From an uncultured delta proteobacterium (GTDB lineage: Bacteria; Desulfobacterota; Desulfobacteria; Desulfobacterales; Desulfosalsimonadaceae), in assembly GCA_963826785.1 (NCBI GenBank), contig CAWGYD010000008.1:160001-224000 (forward strand): a DNA stretch of 64,000 nt, in the 5' to 3' direction. How positions within the stretch are numbered: position 1 is the stretch's first letter; each line of letters starts with the position of its first letter. Below, piece by piece: positions 1 through 10,731 of the stretch. The notes beneath the pieces are model-generated. The model made no database searches, was not told the DNA's origin, and saw only the letters and a list, made by a program, of their open reading frames with translations. Position numbers and translations under genes: made by a program.

Positions 1-121
1 CTTAGCTTGCCGTGCCCCTTGAGTTTCTTGAAAACACTATTGAGTCGGTCACTTAAATTGTCAAACATGCGCTATCACAATCCTGAAACTAAATTCTTGA
101 TTTTAAAATTTAAAGAATGGT

Positions 122-1288
122 ATGTCAATAAAAAAACAGACACAGGCCGGGCACGGGCCCCCATCTCTTTTGGGCGGCCCCCCTCCCTTTTTCCGGATCC
201 GCACTTATATTTCGCCTATGCTACGTTCTCATACCCAAAAAAACAACATCCTGGACATGGACCGGGAGCATATCGCAAAATGGTGCGAAACCAGCGGCAT
301 CAAACCCTACCGGACCGCGCAGATCCTGCGCTGGCTCTATGCCCGGGGTGCTGTTTGCTTTGACAACATGACCGATTTGTCCAAACAGATCCGGCACCAG
401 CTTTCAGAGCAGTTTGCACTGTCCTTTCCGAAAAAGATTAAAGAAGAAGTCTCGGTGGACGGCTCCCGCAAATTCCTGTTTGGCCTCTCTGACGAAAACC
501 ATATCGAAACCGTGCTGATCCCGGAAAAGGATCATTACACGCTGTGCATCTCCACCCAGGTGGGATGCGCCATGGGATGCCGCTTCTGCCTTACCGCTAA
601 AAACGGGCTGGTCCGCAACCTGACCCCGGGGGAGATCACCGGCCAGGTTTTGCAGGCGCAAAGAGAAATCACCGCGACTGACGGAGATAAAAGCCGGCTC
701 ACCAATATCGTTCTCATGGGCATGGGCGAACCGCTGGCCAATTACGATTCGGTCATTTCAGCCATCCGCATCATCACCGATCATGCAGACGGCATGGGTT
801 TTTCCACCCGGCGGGTCACTCTTTCCACATCGGGCCTGGTGCCCAGATTTTCCCAACTGGGGAAAGACACCCGCATCAGGCTGGCCATTTCATTGAATGC
901 CACCCAAAACACCACCCGGGACATGCTGATGCCCGTCAACAAGACCTGGCCCCTCGAAGCGCTCATCGATGCCTGCGCCGCCTATCCCCTGGCCCCCCGG
1001 GACAAGATCACCTTTGAATACATCCTGATTGCCGGGGTCAACGATTCGCCCGAAGACGCCCGCCGACTGGCAAAGCTCCTGGCGCCGGTCAAGGCCAAGA
1101 TCAACCTGATCCCCTTCAACGAACATCGTGCATCCGGGTTTAAGCGGCCGGACGAATCGGCCATTTTCTCCTTCCAGAAAATCCTGCACCAGAAAAACTA
1201 CACCGCCATCATCCGCCGCAGCAAGGGGCAGGACATATCGGCGGCCTGCGGCCAGCTCTCGGCAGGGCAAACAGTAACAAGTTCCTGA
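122..1288 (+). CDS. rlmN: 23S rRNA/tRNA m2A methyltransferase (radical SAM)
   Basis: CAMGCRFC SAM motif, MGMGEP and C-terminal AACGQL. The true start is probably further downstream (218 or 257). Confidence 0.95.
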   Translation: MSIKKQTQAGHGPPSLLGGPPPFFRIRTYISPMLRSHTQKNNILDMDREHIAKWCETSGIKPYRTAQILRWLYARGAVCFDNMTDLSKQIRHQLSEQFALSFPKKIKEEVSVDGSRKFLFGLSDENHIETVLIPEKDHYTLCISTQVGCAMGCRFCLTAKNGLVRNLTPGEITGQVLQAQREITATDGDKSRLTNIVLMGMGEPLANYDSVISAIRIITDHADGMGFSTRRVTLSTSGLVPRFSQLGKDTRIRLAISLNATQNTTRDMLMPVNKTWPLEALIDACAAYPLAPRDKITFEYILIAGVNDSPEDARRLAKLLAPVKAKINLIPFNEHRASGFKRPDESAIFSFQKILHQKNYTAIIRRSKGQDISAACGQLSAGQTVTSS

Positions 1289-1327
1289 TCTAATACGAAA
1301 ATAATCCCGGATACGAACCGGGGCGAT

Positions 1328-2323
1328 TCAAACGAACAGGTCCCGGATCATCGTGTGCGCAACCGGCATTACGGAGAGGACCGATTTTCCCTCCGGCTGA
1401 AACAGGAGGACCTCCACCGGCCGGCCGGCCGGCGCCTTGCTGTAGCCGGCGCAGATGGAGGCCGCCTGGCGGGTATCCTCGGCATCGGCATTGCCCGGCA
1501 CCAGTCCCGCGGGACCGGGTACATCCTTCATCCGGATCAATAGATCCATTTTCGGACGGTGGCAGGAAAAGATCTGCTCATTATCGTTCTTGTTGCGGCC
1601 CACCACCAGTTTGGCCCCATGGTCCAGCCGGAGATGCCGGCCGAACCCGAGCATGTTCAATTCCGCCACCGACCACTGTTCCTGATGGGTGAAATAGTCC
1701 TTAAGCCGCCTGGAATATTGAGGGTCCGTCAACAGGCACCCCCCGGCCGGGGCGGGGTATTCCCGGATCCCATAATGCCGGGCCATTTCCATCTGGGGTT
1801 TCCGGGACCTGCCCGAAAGATCACCCAGCCTATGGCGATCCACCAACCCGCTTTCTTCCATGGGCGTCATGGGAAGTTTTTTGGCGCTCAGCGGACGCAG
1901 AATATGCCCGTCAAAACCCGAATGCTTTTCCACATAGCGAAGCGACTGCCTGGTCTGGGACATGGGGCGCTGGCCCATGACCTCACCGGAAAACAAAAAA
2001 TCGCAGCCCAGTTCGGCCATCATTTCCCCGGCAGCCTTAAACATCAGGGCATGGCAGTCCATGCAGGGGTTCATATGCCTGCCATATCCGCAGGGCGGCC
2101 GGCGCAGCATGGGCAGGTATCGCTCCGTGAGGTCCACCACCTTCAGCGGGATTTCCGTCTGCAGCGAGGCTTTTTGCGCCTTGTCCGCAGAAAAAAACGG
2201 CGTCTCAAAGGCAATCCAGCAGACTTCGATTCCCTGATCTCTCAAAACGCATGCGGCCAGTATGCTGTCGAGTCCGCCCGAACACAACCCCAGGCCTTTT
2301 ACTTTTTTTCCGTCTGATTTCAT
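1328..2323 (-). CDS. ThiI/MnmA-like PP-loop tRNA thiolation protein
   Basis: SGGLDS PP-loop, NPCMDCH, GEVMGQRPMSQ and PAGGCLLT motifs. Confidence 0.8.
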   Translation of the reverse strand: MKSDGKKVKGLGLCSGGLDSILAACVLRDQGIEVCWIAFETPFFSADKAQKASLQTEIPLKVVDLTERYLPMLRRPPCGYGRHMNPCMDCHALMFKAAGEMMAELGCDFLFSGEVMGQRPMSQTRQSLRYVEKHSGFDGHILRPLSAKKLPMTPMEESGLVDRHRLGDLSGRSRKPQMEMARHYGIREYPAPAGGCLLTDPQYSRRLKDYFTHQEQWSVAELNMLGFGRHLRLDHGAKLVVGRNKNDNEQIFSCHRPKMDLLIRMKDVPGPAGLVPGNADAEDTRQAASICAGYSKAPAGRPVEVLLFQPEGKSVLSVMPVAHTMIRDLFV

Positions 2324-2399
2324 GTTATGCATGATGTCCGATTATATGAAGGCTTTGTCGCTTTTCAGTTTCAAGTTAAAACGCAATCCAGGTTCCTCA

Positions 2400-3044
2400 A
2401 TGAATGAATCGAAAAGAATTCAAAAAATCCGCCAGATACTAAAGACCGAGTACCCGGATGTCAAGACCCAGCTGAATTACCAATCCCCGTTTCAGCTGCT
2501 GGTGGCCACCATCCTGTCGGCCCAGTGCACGGACCGGCAGGTCAATGCCGTCACACCGGGGCTGTTTGAAAGCCTTGCCGGACCCGCAGATTTTGCCGAA
2601 GCGTCCATCGAGCAAATTGAAAATCTCATCCGCTCCACCGGATTTTTCCACAACAAGGCCAAAAACATTCAAAACTGCGCCAGGGCAATCGTGGCGCAGT
2701 ATGGCGGTACGGTGCCGGACACACTGGAGGAACTGGTCAAGCTGCCCGGGGTGGGCCGCAAAACCGCCAACGTGGTGCTGGGGGCCGCCTTTGGAAAACC
2801 GGGCATTGTGGTGGACACCCATGTGGCAAGAATTTCAGGGAGGCTGGCGCTGACATCGAACAAGGATCCGGTCAAAATCGAATTTGATCTCATGGAAATC
2901 ATCCCCCGACCCGAGCGCGATGATTTTTCCCTGCGATTGATCTATTTCGGCCGGGAAATCTGCACCGCCCGCAAACCCAAATGCCCGAAATGCTTTTTGA
3001 TTCAGCTGTGCCCGTATCCGGATAAAACAGGGGATGTCAAATGA
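2400..3044 (+). CDS. nth: endonuclease III
   Basis: LSAQCTD, HhH LPGVGRKTA, VDTH and C-terminal CTARKPKCPKCFLIQLC Fe-S motif. Confidence 0.95.
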   Translation: MNESKRIQKIRQILKTEYPDVKTQLNYQSPFQLLVATILSAQCTDRQVNAVTPGLFESLAGPADFAEASIEQIENLIRSTGFFHNKAKNIQNCARAIVAQYGGTVPDTLEELVKLPGVGRKTANVVLGAAFGKPGIVVDTHVARISGRLALTSNKDPVKIEFDLMEIIPRPERDDFSLRLIYFGREICTARKPKCPKCFLIQLCPYPDKTGDVK

Positions 3045-3907
3045 AGGCTTCCCGCCCGCTTCTGGGCGCACACCTGTCCATCGCCGGCGGCCTGCACCGG
3101 GCAATCGGGTCGGCATCGGCCCTTGGGTGCAATGTCCTGCAGATATTTACCAAAAATGCCAGCACCTGGCGTGAAAAGCAGCTGGCCGAAAATGAAATCG
3201 AAACCTTTCAAAAGGCCCGGAAGGAGGCGGGTATTTCCTGTGTTGCGTCACACACCTCCTACCTGATCAACATCGCCGGACCGGATGAGAAAAAATCTGC
3301 CATGTCCTTTGCGGCACTCAAGCAGGAACTGATCCGGTGCAGCCAGCTGGGGCTCGACCATGCCATCCTGCATCCCGGGTCCCACATGGGCGCGGGTGAA
3401 GATGAGGGAATCCAGCATGCGGCCGATATGCTCAACCGGCTATTTGAACAAACCAGTGGAATCGCCACCCGGCTGCTGCTGGAAACCACCGCCGGCCAGG
3501 GAGATTGCGTGGGGCATGCCTTGGGTCAGCTGGCGGATATCGTAAACCGGGTGGCGGATCAGAATCGGGTGGGCATCTGCCTGGACACCTGCCACATCTT
3601 TGCCGCAGGATACGATATCTCAACAGAAGAAGGTTATGACCGGACCATGGCGGAATTTGAGCGGCTTATCGGGTTTGACCGGCTTTTTGCCATCCATGTC
3701 AATGATTCCAAGCGAGAATGCGGATCACGGGTGGACCGGCATGAACACATCGGCAAGGGCCGCATCGGTCTGCCGGGGTTTAAACTGATCATGAACGATG
3801 CCCGGCTGCGCCCCATTCCCAAAATTCTCGAGACCCCGAAACGCGAGGCCGGCCGGGACGCTGACCCGGTTAACCTCAATAGGCTCAGAGCACTTTTAAC
3901 TGCCTGA
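3041..3907 (+). CDS. nfo: endonuclease IV (AP endonuclease)
   Basis: GAHLSIAGG, LLETTAGQG, DTCH, HVNDSK and DRHEHIG motifs; ATGA overlap with nth. Confidence 0.95.
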   Translation: MKASRPLLGAHLSIAGGLHRAIGSASALGCNVLQIFTKNASTWREKQLAENEIETFQKARKEAGISCVASHTSYLINIAGPDEKKSAMSFAALKQELIRCSQLGLDHAILHPGSHMGAGEDEGIQHAADMLNRLFEQTSGIATRLLLETTAGQGDCVGHALGQLADIVNRVADQNRVGICLDTCHIFAAGYDISTEEGYDRTMAEFERLIGFDRLFAIHVNDSKRECGSRVDRHEHIGKGRIGLPGFKLIMNDARLRPIPKILETPKREAGRDADPVNLNRLRALLTA

Positions 3908-3925
3908 TGTGCTTTGTGTCAGAAA

Positions 3926-4414
3926 CTAATTTTCCCTCCGGCCGGCCAGCGTCTCATAGGCTAACTGGATTTCCACGAATTTCTTTTTGGCCAGCTGCTG
4001 GAAATCCTCCCCCAGGTGGGTGACCTTATCGGGGTGGTATTTCTGAACCGCCTTGCGGTAAGCGGCATGAATTTCCTTTTCCGATGCCCCGGGCCGGACC
4101 CCCAGTATCGCATAGGGGTCTTTGGGGGGCGCGTTCCGGTATGCGGAGGCATTTTCAGCGCCATTTTCAGGCCCATTGGATTGCCGTTCCCGCTGCTGAC
4201 GGTTGTCCGCAGGCCGGGAATTGAACAGATAGTTTTTCAGCAGGGTGACAAACCGGGGCAGCCGCCGGTATTTCAAATAATAAATCAGCAGCGCCATCAG
4301 CAGCGTATCATCGAGCCATCCGGTGATGGGGATCACATCCGGCAGGAGGTCAATGGGGCTGATCACGTAGATCAATACAAAAATAACAGCCGCAATTATC
4401 CACAAAATATTCAT
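3926..4414 (-). CDS. DUF1232 (YkvA)-like membrane domain fused to a DnaJ J-domain
   Basis: SPIDLLPDVIPITGWLDD at the N-terminus; DPYAILG...YHPDK J-domain at the C-terminus. Confidence 0.85.
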   Translation of the reverse strand: MNILWIIAAVIFVLIYVISPIDLLPDVIPITGWLDDTLLMALLIYYLKYRRLPRFVTLLKNYLFNSRPADNRQQRERQSNGPENGAENASAYRNAPPKDPYAILGVRPGASEKEIHAAYRKAVQKYHPDKVTHLGEDFQQLAKKKFVEIQLAYETLAGRREN

Positions 4415-4425
4415 GTTTTACCCGT

Positions 4426-4893
4426 TCATGTACGCAGGGTGGCGGTCAGCCGGAGCGGATGGATCAGCAGGGACAACGCATCGATAATGGAGGTGCAGAC
4501 TACATCAGCCGAAAGCAGGGTTTCCATTGAAGCCCCCTCCCCCAGAATGACCCCGATTCCCAGTGCCGATTCCTTGAGCATCAGGGAGTCGTTTCGGCCG
4601 TTGCCGATGCTGACCGTCCGGTCTGCGCCGATCTGTCGGATATAAGCCAGTTTTCCCGCCTGCTGGTCCGCCTGGGGCAGGATGGTCAGTTCACAGTCGA
4701 TCCCCGAAAGCCCCGCTTTTGCCTTGCCGAATGTATCGGCGGTAACCACGTGAAGCCTGATCTGATCCGAAAGTAATATCAGCATTTCCCTCACATCCGA
4801 AATCAGGGTGCCGTCAATGGCCAGGGTGCCGTTATAATCCATCACCAGATGGTCAAGCACCAGTTCCCCCCGGCCCGGAATTGAAATATTCAT
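4426..4893 (-). CDS. HAD-family soluble P-type-ATPase-like hydrolase
   Basis: DYNGTLAIDG, TADTFG and GNGRND motifs. Confidence 0.85.
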   Translation of the reverse strand: MNISIPGRGELVLDHLVMDYNGTLAIDGTLISDVREMLILLSDQIRLHVVTADTFGKAKAGLSGIDCELTILPQADQQAGKLAYIRQIGADRTVSIGNGRNDSLMLKESALGIGVILGEGASMETLLSADVVCTSIIDALSLLIHPLRLTATLRT

Positions 4894-5257
4894 CGCAAAC
4901 TCCCGTTTTGCAACTTCATCGCCCAATCAATAGAATCACTTGCCGCCTGGCCCGGAAAATCCGGTAGCCCCTGTTTTTCCGCGCGTCATTAAATCCAATC
5001 CGGCGCATTTTCATCCGGGCATTACCTTAATTTTTACCATTTTACCGTATTTTCGCCAACTCAGATGTATAAAACAACTTCGGTAAAGATCAAGTTGAAT
5101 CGCAATATTTACCTTGAGGAAGCAGAAATGCTCGACAAAAATCGCCTCAAGATCGGATCGCCCGAATCAAATTGAAAAGCATCAGCTGTATTGCTATACT
5201 TTGAATTTTCAGATTTTGTCCTGACAAAAAACCTCTGACCTGAGGGATTGCAACTGC

Positions 5258-7231
5258 ATGATCGGCGTGGACACCGGCGGGACGTTTACCGATTTTATCT
5301 ACCGGGAAGGTGGTGGAAAATGGCGGGTGGAAAAGATTCTTTCCACTCCCCATAACCCGGCATCGGCGGTCATCGAGGGGATTTCAAGGATTGCGGGGGG
5401 AAAACAGCCCCTGCGCGTCATCCACGGGTCCACGGTGGCCACCAACGCCATCCTCGAGAAAAAGGGGGCGAAAACGGCCCTGCTGACCAACCGGGGATTC
5501 GAAGATATCCTGGTCATCGGCCGCCAGAACAGAACCCGGCTCTATGATCTTTTTTACCAAAAGAGCCCGCCGCTGGTTAAAGACCGATACAGAATCGGCA
5601 TTCCCGGCCGCATGGACTGCACCGGAACTGAAATCACCCCTCTTGATCCATCCGCCCTGGCCGAGGCGATCCGGTTTCTGGCCGGTGAAGGAGTCCAATC
5701 CGTGGCGGTCTGCTTTCTCTTTTCGTTTTTAAATCCTTTGCACGAGCAGGGCGTCAAGCAGGCCCTCTCCACCCTTGGCATTCCCATATCGCTGTCCTGT
5801 GAGATCCTGCCGGAATTCAGGGAATTCGAACGGACGTCCACCACCGTCATCAACGCCTATGTCGCGCCGAAAATGTCGGGCTACATCCGTGAAATGAAAA
5901 AGCGGATCGCCGGTGGAAGCCTTCGCATCATGCAGTCCAACGGCGGAAGCATTTCCGCTGAAACCGCAGCGAACCAGCCGGTCCGCACCATCCTCTCCGG
6001 CCCGGCCGGCGGGGTGGTGGGCGCCCGCGCAGTTGCGCGATTTGCCGGGTATGACCGCATCATCACCTTTGACATGGGCGGCACCTCCACAGATGTCGCA
6101 TTGATCGACAAAGCGCTGCCGATTACCACGGAATCGATGATTGGAGATTATCCGGTAAAAGTCCCCATGATCGACATCCACACGGTGGGGGCGGGTGGCG
6201 GCTCCATTGCCGGAATCGATGCGGGCGGTGCGCTCCGGGTGGGGCCGGAGAGTGCGGGCGCGGATCCGGGGCCGGCCTGCTATGGAAAAGGCGACCGGAT
6301 CACGGTGACCGATGCCCACTTGTTTCTCGGAAGGCTCTTGCCCGATCATTTCCTGGGAGGCCGCCTCCGGCTGGCCAAGGACCGCGTCGAACCGCTCCTG
6401 CACCGGATGGCGCAAAAAGCGCACATGCCGGCGATGCAACTCGCAGAGGGTATCGTGACGGTGGCCAACACGGCCATGGAACGCGCGCTTCGGGTCATTT
6501 CCGTGGAGAAAGGGTACGATCCGTCCGAGTTTGCCCTTTTCTCATTCGGGGGGGCAGGCGGCCTGCATGCCGCCGACCTGGCCCGCCAGCTTCATATTCC
6601 GGAAGTGATTGTTCCGAATAACCCGGGAATCCTTTCCGCCATGGGCATGCTGATGGCCGATATCATCCGGGATTATTCCAAAACGATTGCCGAACAGGAC
6701 CGCATGGCCGGCCCGGGCAGCCTGGCGGACCTGTTTGGCCCCATGGAAAAGCAGGCTGAAGCGGATATGGCCGAAGAAGGGTTTGCCCCAAAAGGGGTGC
6801 GGCTGGAGAAATACGTGGATATTCGCTACCGGGGGCAGTCGTACGAACTCATGGTGCCCTTCGACCCAACCGTCATGGACCGGTTTCATCGCCGCCACGA
6901 GCAGATCTACGGGTTTTCAAGCCCGGAAAAGCCGGTGGAGGTGATTAGTCTGAGGCTTCGGGCCATCGGAACACCCGAGAAAATCGAAATTACAAAAAGC
7001 CAGATGAAAAGGACAGGGTTTCCGGAAGCGGCGGTAATCGCGCAACAGGAGATCATCTTCGACGGAAAACCGGCCACCACCCCCGTCCTGGACAGACAGC
7101 GGATGATCAGCGGTCAGCACTTTAGCGGCCCGGCCGTTATCGTGGAATATTCCGCCACCCTATGGGTGCCCCCCTTCTGCGATGGCCGGGTGGATGAATA
7201 TGGAAACATCATACTGGCCGTCACCCGATGA
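5258..7231 (+). CDS. hydantoinase/oxoprolinase A subunit
   Basis: DTGGTFTD, HGSTVATNA, SGPAGG, DMGGTSTD and GAGGGSIA motifs. Confidence 0.92.
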   Translation: MIGVDTGGTFTDFIYREGGGKWRVEKILSTPHNPASAVIEGISRIAGGKQPLRVIHGSTVATNAILEKKGAKTALLTNRGFEDILVIGRQNRTRLYDLFYQKSPPLVKDRYRIGIPGRMDCTGTEITPLDPSALAEAIRFLAGEGVQSVAVCFLFSFLNPLHEQGVKQALSTLGIPISLSCEILPEFREFERTSTTVINAYVAPKMSGYIREMKKRIAGGSLRIMQSNGGSISAETAANQPVRTILSGPAGGVVGARAVARFAGYDRIITFDMGGTSTDVALIDKALPITTESMIGDYPVKVPMIDIHTVGAGGGSIAGIDAGGALRVGPESAGADPGPACYGKGDRITVTDAHLFLGRLLPDHFLGGRLRLAKDRVEPLLHRMAQKAHMPAMQLAEGIVTVANTAMERALRVISVEKGYDPSEFALFSFGGAGGLHAADLARQLHIPEVIVPNNPGILSAMGMLMADIIRDYSKTIAEQDRMAGPGSLADLFGPMEKQAEADMAEEGFAPKGVRLEKYVDIRYRGQSYELMVPFDPTVMDRFHRRHEQIYGFSSPEKPVEVISLRLRAIGTPEKIEITKSQMKRTGFPEAAVIAQQEIIFDGKPATTPVLDRQRMISGQHFSGPAVIVEYSATLWVPPFCDGRVDEYGNIILAVTR

Positions 7232-7332
7232 GGGACACCGGACGGATTTAGTCCGTTACATCCGAGATGATGCATAGCGGCAAAGGGTGGACGACCTCAC
7301 GGCCGAAGCGCCTGGGAATGCGAATGGCGGAA

Positions 7333-7623
7333 TCAGAACCCGCCCAGCGGCCTGAGAAACGTGTACCGGGCCGGTTCCACCATAAAACGGTGGTAGGCTT
7401 CGGGCACATTGTCCCCCAGTATCGAAAACGGCAGGGACACGACAAAGGATGCAGTCCCGATGGCCAGCGAGGCAATGCCCAGGGGCCTTACGATGGTAAA
7501 ATCATAGATCATGGCGCCGGCATTGTGCTCCGGACCATAAACCTGCGCAGATGCGGTGCTAAACGGGACCAGAACAAATGATACGGCGATGAAAAATAAC
7601 ATCCATTTCCTGAACCTGATCAT
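7333..7623 (-). CDS. small exported/membrane hypothetical protein
   Basis: GGAGG RBS, signal peptide ending ASA-Q, hydrophobic segment and RPLG motifs. Confidence 0.7.
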   Translation of the reverse strand: MIRFRKWMLFFIAVSFVLVPFSTASAQVYGPEHNAGAMIYDFTIVRPLGIASLAIGTASFVVSLPFSILGDNVPEAYHRFMVEPARYTFLRPLGGF

Positions 7624-7751
7624 ACCTGCCTCCTTCTCCCGAATGTTCTTGTGGTTAACCGACATTGCTGAATTCTGTCTTAAAATATGTTTAAAATGCC
7701 CGTATGTCAACGATCAATCGCATATTTGCCATCATCTCCTGATAAACATGT

Positions 7752-8159
7752 ATGCGGAGAAAATTTGAAGAAAAGAGGACGACCTTGATCAACTGCCGCC
7801 GCCTCGTACGGATCTCCGCGCGTATCGGATTTCCGGTTCTGCTTTGCCTCTCTTTCTACCTGAGTGTTTCCATGCCCGATGAGCAGTCGCTTATCGCTTC
7901 CCTGTGGGATAAATTCAGCCACGCGGCCGGTTATTTCACGCTGGTCCTGATGCTGGACTTCGCCTATCGGCCAGCATTGCACATAGGGGCCAAATCATCT
8001 GCCATCCTGGCCTACAGCATCGGGATCGAGTGCATTCAATTTTTTATCCCCTACCGCGAGTTCAGCCTGCTGGACATCCTGGCCAACGCCACCGGCATCG
8101 GAATCTTTTTAATTCTGCGAATCCTGGCGAAGTACACAATACCGTCTTTTCCTGAATAG
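7752..8159 (+). CDS. VanZ family membrane protein
   Basis: DKFSHAAGY and IECIQFFIPYREFSLLDILAN motifs. Confidence 0.85.
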   Translation: MRRKFEEKRTTLINCRRLVRISARIGFPVLLCLSFYLSVSMPDEQSLIASLWDKFSHAAGYFTLVLMLDFAYRPALHIGAKSSAILAYSIGIECIQFFIPYREFSLLDILANATGIGIFLILRILAKYTIPSFPE

Positions 8160-8167
8160 AAGCGGCA

Positions 8168-9814
8168 TCACAGCCCCTCATCAAACCCGGGGGGAAGCCC
8201 GTCCTCAGGATTTTTCACATCACCGGGAGTTTCGAATTCCCCTCCTGTCCCCGGCGTTTCTTTGGGGCGCAACCGAAGCTGGTATCCCCGAAGGGCACCC
8301 TCGGCTTCGTAGGATTCCCCTTTGTCCAGCCGCAGGGCGTTCATGGGGGTGACCACGATGGCCGCCTCGTGTATGACCGGGCAGAAATGCTCACAGTACC
8401 CGCAGCCCGCACACCGGTCTTCATTCACATGGGGGACGGGATAGGGAAGCTCAGGGCGTTTTTCGAACTCCACCGCATCATAGGGGCAGACCTCGTCGCA
8501 TACCATGCAGCCCTTTTTGTGCTCCCAGGCCAGGCATTTCTGCCGGGCAATCACCGCGGTGCCGGTCCGGGCCCAGACGCGTTCCAGGGCGCCAAGCGGG
8601 TTGATGGCGCCGGTGGGGCAGACCGAGCCGCATACCGTGCACCGGGGATCGCAGTACTTGCGCCGGGGAGTGACGGCCGGGCTGAACATGCCCAGAAATC
8701 CGGCCGTAAACCATACCGGCTGCAAGGTGTTGGTGGGGCACGCGGACATGCATTCCCCGCAGCGCACGCACCGGTCCAGAAAACCGGGTTCGGGAAGCGC
8801 CCCGGGGGGTCGGATCAGGCGGGCGGCGCGGACGTTTCCTTCGGCGTTTTCGTCGGCCACCGCCGTCAAACCGGTCATGCCAACCGCTGCGGTCCCGGCA
8901 CCGGCAAGTGCCGCCAGGAGGACGCGCCGGCGCTCCGCAGATACCGGTGCCCGCCTGCATGCGTCCTGTCCCCGGGCAAAAGAAATCGCCTGCTTGGGGC
9001 ACTTCTTTTCGCATTGGCGGCAGACGATGCATTCGCCGTGCCGGGTGGTCTCCGGCCCTTCCGGATCAATGGCTCCCATGGGGCAGATGCGGCTGCACAG
9101 CCCGCACTGGTTGCATTTTTCATCGACCTGCCGCCGGAATACCGGCTTTTTAGACAACAGGGAGAGCATGGCGCCGGAAGGGCATACATAGCGGCACCAG
9201 AAGCGGGGGGAAAGCCGAACGGCCGCAAATACCATCACAAATACGCCCAGGATGAAAAACTGGGTGGCAAACCGGTGCGGTTCGATTTCCAAAAACATCA
9301 GCGGCCGGAAATCGAGCCAGTCGGCTGCCGGCCGGACCAGGCCGACGGCCCTGTCGGAAAAAAGCCGAACCACCGGATAGACCACCATCCCGTAAAAACG
9401 GGTGATCAGTGACAGGGGGGCAAGCCAGAAGACCATGCCCACGCCCATCAGCGCAGCACCCGCAAAACCGGCCAGCAAATAGATTTTCAGGGTGGGAGAA
9501 ACCCCATGAGCGGCGCGCGACCCGGATTTGCGCGCAAGCTTCGCGTCGGACAGGTCGATGGTGGTGCCCATGGGGCAGATATACCCGCAGAAGATCCGCC
9601 CAAACAAAGGGGTGACAGCCAAAACGAACAGGGCGGCGATAAAAATCCACTCAAATGTCCGGGCGGCCAGAAAGGTCAGACCGACTAAAGCCGGGTCCAT
9701 GGCCAGGAACAGTTCCGGCAATTTCATGCGGGCGGCGGCGGCCAGAAGAACGAGGAAGATAAACAGGCAAATCAACTGCGCCCAGCGGCGAAAAGAAATC
9801 CGAAAAAAAATCAT
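8168..9814 (-). CDS. membrane polyferredoxin (NapH-like plus NapG/MauM-like domains)
   Basis: GRIFCGYICP and FWCRYVCP motifs, several CxxCxxCxxxCP motifs and RPPGA; ATGA overlap with the upstream gene. Confidence 0.88.
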   Translation of the reverse strand: MIFFRISFRRWAQLICLFIFLVLLAAAARMKLPELFLAMDPALVGLTFLAARTFEWIFIAALFVLAVTPLFGRIFCGYICPMGTTIDLSDAKLARKSGSRAAHGVSPTLKIYLLAGFAGAALMGVGMVFWLAPLSLITRFYGMVVYPVVRLFSDRAVGLVRPAADWLDFRPLMFLEIEPHRFATQFFILGVFVMVFAAVRLSPRFWCRYVCPSGAMLSLLSKKPVFRRQVDEKCNQCGLCSRICPMGAIDPEGPETTRHGECIVCRQCEKKCPKQAISFARGQDACRRAPVSAERRRVLLAALAGAGTAAVGMTGLTAVADENAEGNVRAARLIRPPGALPEPGFLDRCVRCGECMSACPTNTLQPVWFTAGFLGMFSPAVTPRRKYCDPRCTVCGSVCPTGAINPLGALERVWARTGTAVIARQKCLAWEHKKGCMVCDEVCPYDAVEFEKRPELPYPVPHVNEDRCAGCGYCEHFCPVIHEAAIVVTPMNALRLDKGESYEAEGALRGYQLRLRPKETPGTGGEFETPGDVKNPEDGLPPGFDEGL

Positions 9815-10731
9815 AGGGTGACGCGTTTGACCTTTAGATTTTCGATGTCCATCCGCCCCAGGCCCCGCTGATGGGCGTACCGGATATGCTTGATCTGGTC
9901 GGGCCGGTATTTCTTGCCATACCATTCAAATGCGGATACCGCATAGGCGTCTGCCGCCACCATGTCCGTGGAAGCGATCACCGTGTCCGGTTTGAGCACT
10001 GTGCCCGGCCCGCCCGGTCCGCCCGTCGACAAAACCCGGGTGGCGTCGATCACCACCAGGTCGGGTTTGAGAAGCGAGGCCAGGTCCACGATGGATTCAC
10101 TGAGGTCCAGACGGTGCAGGGTCCGCCGATCGGAGATCAGGCCCATCATCCCTTTCATGGAAAGGCTCACCCCGGCAGAGGAATGGGATTTGGCCACCGG
10201 AGCGGCAATCAGAACATCTGCGGACAGCACGTCCTTCATCACGTCCGTCTTTTTGAGCTTACGGGCACCCGGGATTTCTTTTTCGGCAAACATGGCCGGG
10301 GTGGTGATCATGTGCACCATGCCGTCGTCCACGGAACGGCAGGCGGTTTCGATGCCCGACATTTCCAGGCATCGCTCGGCCGGCGCCAGGGGGTTGTCCA
10401 GCACCAGCACCCGGGATGCTCCCGCTTCCCGGCACATGGCCGCCAGGGTCTGGACCACCAGGGGATGGGTGTTGGACGCGCGCTCCGGCCCCACCGGAAA
10501 GCTCATGTTGGGTTTAATCACCACGCGGCTGCCTTTTTTGACGAATTTTTCCATTCCGCCCATCAGCGATACGGCCGCGCGAACCGCCCCCGCGGGATCG
10601 CCCTTGACCACGGCCAGATCGGGGGTCCCTTCAGCCAGCGTCAAAGAAGGCAGAAAAAGGGAGGCCCCGGCCACCCAGGCCATGGACTTTACCTGGAGCT
10701 TCAAAAATTCTCTTCTATCCAATGCTTTCAT
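9811..10731 (-). CDS. Tat-exported DUF362 domain protein
   Basis: DRREFLK Tat signal; VVIKPN, THP, KSHS and SMKGMMG motifs. Confidence 0.88.
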   Translation of the reverse strand: MKALDRREFLKLQVKSMAWVAGASLFLPSLTLAEGTPDLAVVKGDPAGAVRAAVSLMGGMEKFVKKGSRVVIKPNMSFPVGPERASNTHPLVVQTLAAMCREAGASRVLVLDNPLAPAERCLEMSGIETACRSVDDGMVHMITTPAMFAEKEIPGARKLKKTDVMKDVLSADVLIAAPVAKSHSSAGVSLSMKGMMGLISDRRTLHRLDLSESIVDLASLLKPDLVVIDATRVLSTGGPGGPGTVLKPDTVIASTDMVAADAYAVSAFEWYGKKYRPDQIKHIRYAHQRGLGRMDIENLKVKRVTL

